NCBI RefSeq assembly: GCF_006345805.1
Contig: NW_021832783.1
Coordinates: 1 to 32,834, forward strand
Direction: 5' to 3'
DNA: 32,834 nt
Origin: Octopus sinensis
Lineage: Eukaryota
Made by a program: the position numbers and the translations under genes. A model generated the notes under the pieces. That model searched no databases. It was not told the DNA's origin and saw nothing but the letters and a program-made list of their open reading frames with translations. Below, in pieces: positions 9,194 through 21,190 of the stretch. The first letter of the stretch is position 1. Each line of letters begins with the position of its first letter.

Positions 9194-10719
9194 TGTGACA
9201 TGGGCGGCTGGATACGTATGGGCAACCGGTTACATTTTTGACCTTGTAGATGTCAATTTTTAATCATCGATAACTTTGTTTCCCCTCCACTCTAGAGCCA
9301 GTCGGTCTCTGCCGGAGTGATGGAAAGCGTCCTGACGGGATGACTACCTTCCCTTTCAGGGAAGGCAAGTCCCTGATTTGGGACGCAACTTGTGTTGACT
9401 CGTTCTCTGCGTCGGTGTTACTCAAGTCCATCACTAACCCGGGTTCCGCCAGTGCTCAGGCTGAAGAGGCTAAGAGGTCGAAGTATGGAAATATTTCGGA
9501 CTCTTACGAGTTTGTCCCCCTCGCCTTCGAAACATCTGGAATTGTCGGCAGGTCTGCGACTCGCCTTCTTGCCAACATTACCAGGAGAATCGCCAAGAAG
9601 ACCAACGACCGGAGGGAGACGAGCTGGCTCTTCCAGCGAATCTCGGTCGCAGTGCTCCGCGGAAACTGCCACTCGATACGCAGTGCGGCGACTTTGAGCT
9701 GACCTCCAGGCTCTTTATTAATTCGTGTATAACTTATTCCCCATTTTAATTAAATATTTGTTATAAAAAAAAAACTTGAAAGAATAATGCATTTTAACAA
9801 AAAAATTAAAATTAATCATTTTTTTAGTCTTGCCATTGGTACCGTCCAAATCTCTCCTTTATCATATTTTATCTATTAAATAAAAATGATTGATTTGCCT
9901 CGACTCGATTATTTGATAAAATGTTAATTATTTCAGCGCCCGGATAGAAAGGAGACTCGAATTTATCCATCCCCTGTGTACGGGGATTGTTTGGTCTTCC
10001 ATGTATCTGAACTAGATTGAACTCTTCGCATAGATCTCTCAGAGACACATTCTTGAATTCTGAACCATTATCTAATTGCAAAATTTTTCAAGGTCTATAT
10101 AGGTAGAAAAATGATCTTAAGTTGTTGCATACTTCTTTTGAAGATTTATAAAAAAGTGTTCTGACAAATGCAAATCTGAATAAATTGTTGAGAGACCTAC
10201 TACCAACCTACTATAACACCTACTACCAACCTATAATTATTACAAACTTTTTTAGATCTACAAGATCTAGCTGAAACCTTTCATTCGGAGAAGAAGCAAA
10301 GATATGATGATTCATATCACCAACCTAAATTAAAAATTAAAAAGAATTAAAACTTTCAATGGACAGGCAAATTTACATACTTCACAATTTCGAATGACTT
10401 TTGTGATTTGTTTACTCCTCCGTGTGAATATTCGTGTAGAGATTTAGCTACATGCTCCATTTCAGTTTCGTTGTCAAAGTAATACAATCTGTGCATTAAT
10501 CGTAAATATAGAGTACCTTTCATTGATTATTGTAAAATTCTCGATCTTTTTTATAAGTCTATATTTTGCTTGCCTAAAAAAATCTTCGGGAATTTATTTT
10601 CCAAAGCATCTTTTAAAATTCGATACTCTGAAGAATCTTTGACATAACCTCTATAAGAAGCCATTAAAAGGTCAAAAAATGTAACCGGTTACCCATGCGT
10701 ACGCGTTGCCCATGTCACA
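9194..10719 (-). mobile_element. Ginger2/Tdd-like DNA transposon (KRBA2/SCAND3-type integrase pseudogene)
   Basis: About 54-bp imperfect TIRs TGTGACATGGGC...AACCGGTTACATTTTTGACCTT with TG...CA ends and a 5-bp TSD TAATA (9189-9193, 10720-10724). Excision restores the hAT frame QSDNILKDKY. Minus-strand integrase motifs: LHEYSHGGVNK, ERFQLDLVDL, ILQLDNGSEFKN, IHGRPNNPRTQG. Confidence 0.8.
9277..9774 (+). mobile_element. 5'-truncated CRE-like non-LTR retrotransposon (REL endonuclease end plus poly(A))
   Basis: Open frame LEPVGLCRSDGKRPDGMTTFPFREGKSLIWDATCVDS...AEEAKRSKY...FVPLAFETSG...FQRISVAVLRGN, followed by A10 at 9765-9774. Visibly more GC-rich than the flanks. Confidence 0.85.
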
Positions 10720-11165
10720 TAATATTCTGAAAGATAAATATGAAAAACAGAATATTATTCAATTTTATAAATATTTAAATTCTAATCAATTTCCAATTTT
10801 GAAACGATACGCATGCGGATTTATATCTACTTTTGGTACAACATACCTTTGTGAACAAACATTTTCAAGAATGAAATATGTAAAATCCAAATATCGAGCA
10901 ACTTGTCGGATGAGCACTTAAAGTTGCTTTTGATAATCGGAACAACAGACTTGACGCCTGATTACAATAAAATATATAAAACGAAAAGTCAGTTTCATCA
11001 TTTTCATTAAAAGCTAATGTTTAAATCTTTCTTGTTATTCTGTCTTTTTAGTCGTAGTTAAAAAATTAGGAACATTATTAAATCTAATTGATTTTACACT
11101 ATGGCCCACGGTCATCTACCAAATATTCTATCCGGCCCGCGTTGTCAAAAGTTTGGAGACCCCTG

Positions 11166-11330
11166 ATCTAGAACTTGGAGCCCGTGCATTTCAAGATGGT
11201 CAGCAATAGGCAGGATTTTTGTTTCCCGATAGAGGTGGTCAATGGTGGAAGATTCTAAACGTCTGATTCTCGTTCTAAGCCCAGCATTCTATGTTTTCTC
11301 TTGTTATTTACTTCAACGTAGATTTAAACA
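11166..11330 (-). mobile_element. LINE RT C-terminal remnant, upstream half (split by the hAT insertion)
   Basis: Frame QEKT*NAGLRTRIRRLESSTIDHLYRETKILPIADHLEMHGLQ continues across the TSD into 7884. Confidence 0.55.
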
Positions 11331-11797
11331 TAAGTTACTTTGTTACAAATGAACTTTATTTACGTCGTTTCAACATAAAAAAATGTTTGCCAGGAAATTT
11401 AGTAATCATACAAGTTAATTACAGCTTTTCATTTTATTTAGTCTCTTGTTCTTTTACTAACTTGTTCAATTGCTTTTGCATAAAGATCTTTTCCATGTGG
11501 GAACCGAACGCTTTATTTTGTGTTAAAAGCTACATGATCCTTAATGGAAACCAAGCTCCTACAAGATAGTGAGACTAGAGTTAAATGACAAAGCAAAGGA
11601 CTTCAATGAAAAACAAAATTAATAAACTAATCCCAAAAATTCCAATGATGAGTCAGCATAAAACCTTTTTTACTTTATTAGCTTAAAATCTGTTTGAGTT
11701 TTGTTTGTTATTTTAACTTTTTGACAAATAAATTAACTTATATTAAATTGTTTTAATCATAATATAAGTTCATAATTTGTTATAAATTATTAATCAA

Positions 11798-13365
11798 ATG
11801 GTCGACGCATTCCGTGAATATCTGCGATTTCCAACAGTCCAACCAGATCCTGATTATGGTGACATTCTATTAAATAAAAAGCACTTTTAGGTCCTGCAGT
11901 TAAATTTCTCTCTGATTTAGCCCTTGGAATAGGGCTTCAGCTTACCGTTTTAGAATTTTATCCAACAAAGCTGATTCTTGTAATAAAGTGGCAAGGGAAC
12001 GACCCTGAAGCGGAATCAATTTTACTGAATTCTCACATGGACGTTGTTCCAGTGTACAGAGTATTTATGTGTAAATTCAAATATTTTAAGGAGAAATGGA
12101 CATTTGATCCATTTGGTGCAGAAATGGACAATGATGGGAACATCTATGCACGTGGAAGTCAGGTTTAAATATATTATAAATGTGGTTAGGATATGAAATG
12201 TGTCACAATTCAGTATTTTTTAATTTACTGACGTCAGATATTTAGAAGCGATCAGAAAACTCATCAAAGAAGGTTATGTTCCGCGCCGAACTATATACGT
12301 CAGCGTAGTACCAGGTTTATAATTTTTATTTTATTGTTATCAGATGAGGAAATCGGTGGACTGACCGGAATGGCGACGTTTGTGAAGAGTGAGTATTTTA
12401 AATCTCTCAACATTGGTTTTGCCCTTGATGAAGGTGTTTTATTATGTCACTAAGAGTTGTAGGAATTGCATCCCCAAATGCAACGTTTTCAGTTTTTTAT
12501 GGCGAAAGGACTGTAATGCGTTTGATTTTTTTGACTTGAATGATTTATAGCATTCAAATTGACGTGTCATGGAAACCCAGGCCATGGGTCACTTTTTTTG
12601 GAGAACACTGCAGGAGAGAAGATGGTAATAAATTTTACGTTTTAAATTATAGGCAAACTGTCTCGCTGCAGTACAATCTTTCCGCAATAATGAAAGACGA
12701 AAACTTGAAGAGTTGTTATGAAACTGTTAATTTTAGAAATCCCGGGATGAAACTGGGAGATGTAACAACTGTCAATTTAACTGTTCTTGAAGGCGGCGTA
12801 CAGACAAACGTTATCCCGGCCACTCTTTCTGCCAGTTTTTTTTCTTATTTAAGCTATTTGAAGCATTTGATTTACGATTACCTTCAACCACAAGTTTTAC
12901 TGAAATTTGTGATCAGGTTTTTCCTGAAGCTGAAAAAAATGAGATTTTTATCAATAAAATTTATGTTTTATTTGAATTTTTGTAATATTTGACAGGATAG
13001 TGAACAAATTCAACCTTCGTCCCTTGATTCCCCGTTTTGTAAATCGTTTTTTTCTGCTATTGATGAACTGTGAGTTTTAATCAATAATTGAGTTAAATTA
13101 TATTTTAATTTTAAATTTTTGATAAAAAACTTTAGTGAACTGGAAACACAGGTCATGATTTTTCCGGCAGGAACTGATGCAAGATATCTTCGTGGAGTAC
13201 ATTATTAAATCTAACAATACATAGACTGGAATTCCAGTTCTCAATTTTTCCCCGATGAATAACACTCCTGTGCTTCCTCATGACCATGATGAGTATCTAA
13301 ATGTTGATACGTTTTTGCGAGGAATTGATATTTATCAGATCATTCTCCAAAAAATATCAACTTAA
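11798..13365 (+). CDS. ACY1: Aminoacylase-1 (M20 family), 14 exons
   Basis: The spliced product has [81 protein letters not shown] and [16 protein letters not shown], so the metal ligands are intact. The 13 GT-AG introns measure 32, 30, 27, 25, 29, 29, 31, 28, 25, 29, 31, 66 and 28 nt. Confidence 0.95.
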
Positions 13366-14499
13366 TCTAATTTAATTCTAATTTGATTATCTCGATTTTT
13401 CTAACCATAATTTAATATTTAATTTTTTTAATATTACCCACAAATGATTAATTAATGATGAAAAGAATTTGACCATTATCATTTTTCTATTTAATGTATT
13501 TTTATTTAAGAAAAAAAATTTCTACAGATATTTAGTTCATTTGAAAAAAATACGTCTATGAGTCAGCAAATGTAGTTTTATTACAAAAATTGGTTTTTAT
13601 TTAATCTATTTTATCATTAACAAAATGTAGATTAACAAATTGCCAATTAAATCATTAATAACTCTTAGAATAATGGTCGGAAAATTAATTATCAATTGTA
13701 TTAAAATTGTATAATGATTGACTATTAGATTATTTCAAATAATTTCTTTTTGGGATAAATCATAAAATCAAAAACAAAATTAGATGCTAGCTAGGTAAGT
13801 AGCTAAGAGAATAATCGAGAGCCTAAGAGTCAGCTTAACAACCCGGGGTGCGTATTTCCGTTGAGCACAGCGACCGAGAGTTGTCAAAAAAGCCAGCTTG
13901 TTCAAGTAACTTAATAGAAATCATTTAAAAATTAAGAAACTTCATATTCTGATAAAATTGGTACACCCGTTTATCACAGTCAGATTGAAATTATTGATTT
14001 TAAAGTATATAATGCTTATCTATCATACCATTGTTAAATGTATGAAAAGGAAATAAACGACAGTTTATGTAGAATTAACGTGAGGCGACGAGTCCTGTGA
14101 ATGGGAATCTCTACCTGCCGGATCTCAGCGTGGCGTAATGTGGTTTACCATGTTAGTTGGAACTTCAATTGGATATGGAAACGCTCAGAGGGCACCTAAT
14201 CCCTACCGAAAAAGAACTTGTAGAAATCTGACCCCAAGGGAAATCTTTTTCACAGGTCGATCGAACCTTTCCGAAGGATCTCCGTCTCTTGCGAAGTGCA
14301 TCGAGGATCATGGGAATTATAATTAACAAGTTCACCCTGGTCCTTTGGTCATTAATAAATTCTCAAAAAATTATAATTGAAACATATTGAAATTTTATGT
14401 AGATCATGCTCACTAAATAAGTTTTTTCAATTCTTTTGAGCTGAATTCATATTCTTATTAGCACTACGCGATGTCAGTAGGCATGTGAAGTCACCTTTC

Positions 14500-14800
14500 T
14501 ATGTTTTGTTATATTCGAGCCAGGTCGCGTAACATGTAAAGATCCTCGTTATCCTTAAAGCGCTTCTCAATTTTTTTGAAGTCCTCGTGAAGGACAGACG
14601 ACATGTTGTCTTTGAGCAGCCTCTGAAATGTATTGCGTCCAAAGAAAAGTGATCCTACATGGCGCTGAGTTTTGTGCGTAGGTATCTATATCTATCCGGA
14701 GAATGTGACAAAACATATTCAATTTGGCCTCTAGAATCTCCTCCAAAATTGACGTGGTTCTTTCTCTCTTATAGAGGATTTGGGACGACATTTTTGATCG
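14500..14800 (-). mobile_element. Degenerate RTE-like LINE 3' remnant
   Basis: LEEILEAKLNMFCHILRIDIDTYAQ resembles LSQEIVGGRWKLFGHILRMDPRAPA of the copy at about 32.3 kb. Confidence 0.5.
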
Positions 14801-15470
14801 ACTTCGCGAAAAAAGAATTAGTTGTAGCTGATCTCTGAAAAAAACAGGTTTAGAATTTTGTACTTCTGTTTTGTACAAGTTCATTTTAGCTAATATCTCA
14901 CAAAGCTTGCCAACACCACTGGTGTTAGGATCTCAACACTACCCTAGTTTCTGAATAGGAGTCCTCTCCTGTTGCTAGAGAGGTGCATCTTTTATACATT
15001 CCAGTTTAGGATCTAAGAAATGACTGCCTAGTTTCTGTGTTTCCTATTTAAGTTAGAAGTAATATAATTTTTGTGGTGTCGTGTATGTCTGTTTTCACCA
15101 GTCTGCAAGCAAATCCTGGGGCTCTCTTACAAAAGATATTAGAGATAACCAACAACTATTGGTAAGAAGCAAGTCTTCGGGGCTACTGATCCCCATGAAA
15201 TTTGTGGAAACTCTCCTACCGAACATGTCTCACCCCATCTAATCCCTCTTAAATCGGTGATCGGTGAGGAACACTCTAACGACAAAGTCAAATGGATTTC
15301 TGGTGTTGTGGAGTCAGCGCGAAGAGACGATTTGGCAGAATTCCTCGTGGAGGATGGAGACTTATTGCCGAATGTTTCAACGTCCGCTTTCTCACTCAAA
15401 AGAGTGTCTCTGATGTGAAAAACTTCTGAATGTAAAGCCCTGCTCTAATGGCTGTGGCAGTCGAAATAAT

Positions 15471-17749
15471 GTGGATACCTCAGATTACTTATTGCCAAAG
15501 ACAGAAATCTCCATTTATGGTAAATGCAAGGAAGAGTTTAATCTCCAAATTCAGGAACTTAAGTCAATCCCACGAAATGCGAGAATGCCCACAAAGAAGA
15601 TTCCGTATAAATTGCTAAAGACTGATGTTCTTGTCGCAATTAATGCAGTGATTTCGAACTATATTATCTTCTCCGCCTGCAAGCATAAATGAAATCACGG
15701 ATATAATTTATGCCGGGCAATGCTCATATGAAAACATTACGAGGCAACCCCTAACAAAAAGCACATGGCTTGAGGATACGGAAAGAAAGATTTCCAAACT
15801 TAGAGAAAATCTAACTTTCGTTAATAAGTTTAATGGCCAGCAATCTAAAGACGAAAAAGAGAAGACACTGAACATTTTATGCTCGTTTGGATACAAAAAA
15901 TCCAGAGAAGGGAGAGCTGGCACGCGTATCTAGTCTTATTGAAGATAGAGTCAAAATTATGGAGAAAAAAATCTCAACCTATCGCTCCAGAAAGTCGTTT
16001 AGACAAGATAATTTCTGTTTTGAACTAAACAGGAGAAGATTCTATCGAAGACTGAATGTGAAAACAAAGATTCTGATTGTCAAGTCCAGAAGATAAGTGT
16101 CTATCTTTCTGGAAGGGCGTATGGAAGAAAGAGGAGAACCGTGCTCCTAAAGCTATTGTTGGTAAGCATATTACTGGAGCTGAACAGCTTCCAAGTGACG
16201 TGAAAACTGATTTTATCAAGAATGTTATCCAGTGTGTACCCAATTGGAAAGCCGCGGGTGTGTGACGGAGTTTATGGATTTTTTATCAAAAAGTTCGAAG
16301 CTCTTCATGGCCATTTGTGCGATGAGATCCTTAAAATGTGTGAACGGAGGCTATTCCCCTGCTGAGTGGTTTTACACAGGAGTAACATACCTCATTCCAA
16401 AAAATGAAAAGTGCCATTCCCCAAATGACTTAAGGCCGATTACCTGCATGCCTATATTGTACAAACTTGTCACTAAAGTGTGAATACAAAGCTTACAGAC
16501 TATATCGAAGCGTTTAACCTTATCTCGGATAATCAGCTGGGAGCTAGAAGGCAATGCCAAGGCGCAAAGGAACAAGCACTAATAAACCAGTGTGTCAATA
16601 GTGAGTATGGAAATAACTTATTTGCAACGTGGATCGATGTCAGAAAGGCATTTGATTCTGTCAATCATGAATTCTTATGTCAAGTGCTTGATCAGTCTGG
16701 AATTCCGAATTGGATCACAAATTTTGTGAAAACTTTAATCAAAAATTGGAATGTCATTTTGACACTTAACAATAAGAGAATTGGAACTGTAAAATTGGAA
16801 AGAGGAATCTTACAAGGAGACTCACTCTCTCCACAACTCTTCACTCTGGTAATGGATCCGTTAAGTAGGAGCTTGAATATGAAGTTCCCGAAGGTGCGTA
16901 TAGGTCAAAATGACCCGTTCACGGTTTCATATTCAACAAACCATTTGTTGTTTATTGACGACCTGAAAATAATTGCTGAGAAAGAAGACACCGTTCTAAA
17001 AATGATGGAAGATGTCGATGAATATTTTGATGCCGTTGGCCTCAAGGGAACTCGGAAAAGTCTGCGACTAACCTGGACTATGTGAAAGATACAAATGTCT
17101 GGATGGTGTGCTGGGTATCGATACCTGGGAGTCTTGGAGGATAGAGGAAGTGATGTCAAGAAATCGAGGTAATGAAAACAATTGCTCGAAACGTGAAAGA
17201 GAGAATCGAGAGTCTTGCAAAAAACAAAGTTAAGTGCAGTAAACCTCTTTAAAGCGATAAACGAATATGCACTCTTCTCTACAACTACTATATTGGATTG
17301 ATCGACATTGAACCGAGTGAGTTTGATGCCATTGATCTGGTAATTCGTCGCATTCTAACTACTTTACGAATCCATCTGAAGCCCGCTAATAAAGAAAGAT
17401 TATATTCGGCAGAAATGGTTTTGGAAGAGGCTTAATCTCAATTTCCAATAAGAGCGAATGCATCCTGCTCCAATTTCTCTCCGACCTTGAAAGAAAAGCC
17501 TCGTTGTGCCTCAGAAGAGCAGGAATCTGGCGGGTCTTGAGAGAAAAGAAAACACATATGACCACGATTGCAAGATTTCTCGCTCTCAAGTACAATCTGG
17601 AAGACCAATCAAAATTGGATGTAAAACTTATTAAGGAGTGCCAGAAGAAAAGACTAATGGACACCATTAAATCTAAGATGATACATTCAACGCGCTGTTT
17701 AAATGCATTCAGGAATAACGTTAGTAAAGTTATCTCGCTTGTTATTTAA
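15471..17749 (+). mobile_element. R4/Dong-like non-LTR retrotransposon RT ORF, frameshifted, 3' endonuclease end missing
   Basis: RT subdomains in order: NWKAAG, TYLIPK...RPITCMPILYK, NQLGARRQCQGAKEQ, WIDVRKAFDSVNH, GILQGDSLSPQLF, HLLFIDDLK, YRYLGV, KLSAVNLFKAIN. The clade call is by resemblance only. Confidence 0.85.
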
Positions 17750-18539
17750 GAGAAGGAAAGAGATTTCCAATAATCGGGACTGAGAATCTAAATAAATAGT
17801 CTAGCTAAAGTTATATACAATTAACGTCTATTGTTAAATTGATTTTTATGGCAGATGATGATTCTTAAGTCAGTCATGATTCTGATATAAGGATGACTTT
17901 TACTTACTGATGCCGGATAACACTTTATATTAGGATAATTTTTTATACCTGAATTTTATATTATATCAGTAGTTATTAAAAAATAGACATTCAATTAGTT
18001 CGATATGATGCCATCATTTCCATCATGCATGCCTTGTATGTTGATGCAATTAAAGTGAATTTTAATTGCTTTAACTAATTAATGACCTACCTAATGAATT
18101 TCTTAGAAATAGTCATGTTAATAAAGCAGTGAACTAATGTGGTCGTCTTCTTATTTAAGAATCGCATCAATCAGGACTGGAAATTCCTCAGTTAAAAAGA
18201 CATGAGATTTATATGTATTATTTAGGTAGGTTAGTGATCATGGCAAATAGTCCTGTTGACACGAAAGTAGACATCGCCTTGAAAACAAGCAATTGTGTTT
18301 CATAAAATATAAAAATAGATAACAATATTTGAAGTCGTGTTTACATTTAAAAACAATTTAAAGCAAATCGAAGTAGATAAATTTTACAAGTATAATCTAC
18401 TTTCTGGACAATTTGGCACAATCACAAGGCAAAAGTCACAATAGTCCTTGTCGTATTTACATAGGATAGAATAGTGAACCAAGTTATAGTCCTACATAAA
18501 AAATTAATTATAAATATCTGGACTAATGGATACATCCAA

Positions 18540-18745
18540 TTAGTACAGTCAAGAAACGTTGCGAGCATGATCGCTATCACATGCATTGCATTAAGGTTGA
18601 CAACAACAAATTGCGGAAAGAAGAAAAATCTTATCGTTAGGAAAGAGTAATTCAAGTGTCAGTTGACCTGCCAGAGGAGTCGGCTTTCTTACTACAATAA
18701 TATTAGGAGAGGTGTCGAGACGTGTGATCGGTCCTCGGAGTTTTG
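18540..18745 (+). mobile_element. Possible piggyBac transposase remnant
   Basis: Fragments TTTNCGKKKNLIV and YYNNIRRGVETCD recall the KKPE.V..YN..KGGVD..D region. Heavily decayed. Confidence 0.3.
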
Positions 18746-20052
18746 TCTTATATTAAGAAACATCATTAATGATAGTTAAATTGAGTATTTTTAACCCAAT
18801 AATAAAATATTAAACTAAGATAATCTCATCGAAATCCTTGTTGAGCTTAGTTTCTTAAAGACAAATTACTGAAACTCTTAAATGATTAGGTTCTCAGTCA
18901 ATTTTTTTTCTTCGTATTGAAGAGAAAATTCATTTGATTTAAACTTCATAAGTACGAATTCTCCAGTAATAATAAATAATGAAGAATAGTTTATAGTTAT
19001 CATTGAGGTGATGACAAAAGACAATCTTCCTATTCTAAAAAGGTATGTCACTTGTGTGGGATGCGATCTACAAAGGCAAGTTTTTTGTGTTGAAAATTAT
19101 CTCTTCGGCCGTATTCCTTGCGCACGCAGGGAGCGTGTGAAAATCGACAAATATCAAACTCTCTCATATCATCATTTTTTGCTCCCGTCTTAGTTGAAGT
19201 CTTTGGAGATGCAGGAAATTTTATCTATGACCTCAGAAGTAGGATTTTCTTCGCGTAAATGTGAGCAAAGTGAATCATCATGATTCCTACAAAGAATTTC
19301 AATTGCCATTTTTCTAAAAACAGTCAATTTATTTTCTTTTGCACAATTATTGATTTAAATCTTAACTTTTTTCTAAAAACCTCCTGAATAGTCAAAGAAA
19401 CAAACACTCCAATTATTAAACTAATCTACAACAAAACGAATGGAATCCAAAGAGAGACCTCTAAAAATGTTGGTTTTTACTGAAACAGCATCGGAAGAAA
19501 TTGTTTTCCTAATCCTGTCCGAAGAACCCGTCGAAAAATGTAAAAACGGAAAAGTCCTGATAAACCTTGAGCTTAGACAATTTCGAATGCCATTTGGATC
19601 TCCTTTAAAGCAGAGTTTAATTTCAGCGATAGTACTACTGCCAACATCCTCAATGTTTTGGACATAGCATTTCCCGCAAGTTTGTACTAACTCGTTTCTC
19701 TCCTTCAACAATCATCTGAACTTTTTTGATTCAGCAATCCATGCTTAATCCAGTTTTTGTTAAATCGTACACTGATTTCATTTCTGATTTTATAGTAGCA
19801 TAAAACTTTGAAGATATTAAGGAACACAAGGAATATTATTTGTTGATTTGATTTTTTGTAAAACTTCAAACATATCGTTATCAGCTCAGAAATAATTTTC
19901 GAAATTTTGAACTCATTTAGTTAAAATGTTTAAAATCTCAGTACTTTTTTTTATTGATAACCTACGAAATTGACGTATAAATTAATGCTGTATCTAAATT
20001 TGTTGAAAACAAGCAGAAGATACACACCAAATTTTCTTGATTTAAATTCTTA

Positions 20053-21190
20053 TTTTTTTTTTTTTTTTTAACTTGAACAATTTATTTCTTAACGAAACAA
20101 CAAAAAACTATTATGAACTGGCTCGCAAGATTGAAAGACAATTCCCGCGTAAAACAGCCAGCGAGATCCTCTGAATGAGGAATATAAATTCCCTCGGATC
20201 TCTGGAGCGGTGGGTGCACAAGCGGCCAAGTTTCTTGAGATGGGCAAGCGTCTTGGCCCCAAAAACACAGGAGGTTTCGACAGAATTGCCCAAAAGCAAA
20301 ATCGATCGAGTAAATCAACATATTTCGATAGTTTTGCAAATTCTGCCTTCTCGGCCGACGAGCCGGGACGACAAGCCGTAGCATTTAAGCACCCTTGGCG
20401 AAGGAGTCTAACAGGTGACGTCCCAAACGAGCTGTTTCCCGGATTCAAAAGCGAACAGCGTACAGCCGTCCGGACGTTTGCATCATCAAACCAGGGCCCG
20501 TCGGTTCCAGAATACAAGGGAAACCAGCTCTTTCCAGAGCTTTCTGAATTAGACTGTTGATTTCGGTGTGCCGAGGAAATCGGCCGGCGCTCATTCGACA
20601 AGACAGAGGATGTAGCCCAAATGCGTCAACTTTATCCCCACAACGACATGGATGAGGTCTGCAACAGGGAGTCCAAGGCGATTACAGATACCCAGACGGA
20701 GTGAATCCCTATCGAGGACAGTATCCAAAAGCGGAGAAGGAGAACATTCAGCCAGGAGCCTGAGTTGGCTGACAGGCAGATCGGAAACAAGCCAGTCTGT
20801 GTTGGTCGAGGAGTGGTTTCCATCAGTAGGAGTCAGAGAACGAGCGGCAGAGAATTTTGTCCCAGTCTCGCTGAGAAGAGACATCGGAAGGGACCTCAGA
20901 GAAATTGCCTTTCCAAAAAGCGAGGGCTGAATCAATATCAGAGTCCAACGATGATTCAGTAGTTTTCTTTCCAGAATCTTTTGGACAAGAAGATATGATC
21001 CAGAAGCCGAAGAAAGAAGGCAGGAAGAGCCAAATCCGTACTAGAACGGAGGCCCAGACCCCCGTGACTCACAGGAAGTTTAGCTTGACACCAGGCAATA
21101 TCGTCGAAATGCACATTGAGAATTTTCTCCGCAGACCTCCGAACCAAGGAATCATAAGATCCAGCATTTGGGTTGCATAAAAACAAGGTG
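20053..21190 (-). mobile_element. 5'-truncated CRE-like non-LTR retrotransposon with poly(A) tail
   Basis: T17 at 20053-20069 on the plus strand. Minus-strand frames give YDSLVRRSAEKILNVHFDDIAWCQAKLPVSHGGLGLRSSTDLALPAF, SLRLGICNRLGLPV, AEFAKLSKY and QRISLAVLRGNCLSI. Several frameshifts. Confidence 0.85.

Larger units (their letters stand above)
7885..11165 (+). mobile_element. Internally deleted hAT DNA transposon, Buster/SPIN (GTF2IRD2-like transposase) type, with two nested insertions
   Basis: Perfect 15-bp TIRs CAGGGGTCTCCAAAC (7885-7899) and GTTTGGAGACCCCTG (11151-11165). The 8-bp TSD ATCTAGAA lies at 7877-7884 and 11166-11173. Transposase pieces: VDITGHMNELNLNSQG, LICDLFTDVKAF, LKKQFLKRFSDF, QLEIIKLQSDNILKDKY, FPILKRYACGFISTFGTTYLCEQTFSRMKYVKSKYR. 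Confidence 0.95.

Noticed and set aside
13789-13802. Minus-strand TACTTACCTAGC resembling the U1 snRNA 5' end
   Set aside because: The downstream sequence is AT-rich with no U1 stem-loops or Sm site.
14900-15000. Hairpins upstream of the R4-like ORF as an HDV-like ribozyme
   Set aside because: Two simple stems are visible, but I could not build the nested double pseudoknot; a descriptor search is needed.
18800-19960. ORF 19421-19711 and neighbouring frames as a gene
   Set aside because: No recognisable motif and stops in all frames that plausible mini-introns do not remove; probably a decayed repeat.
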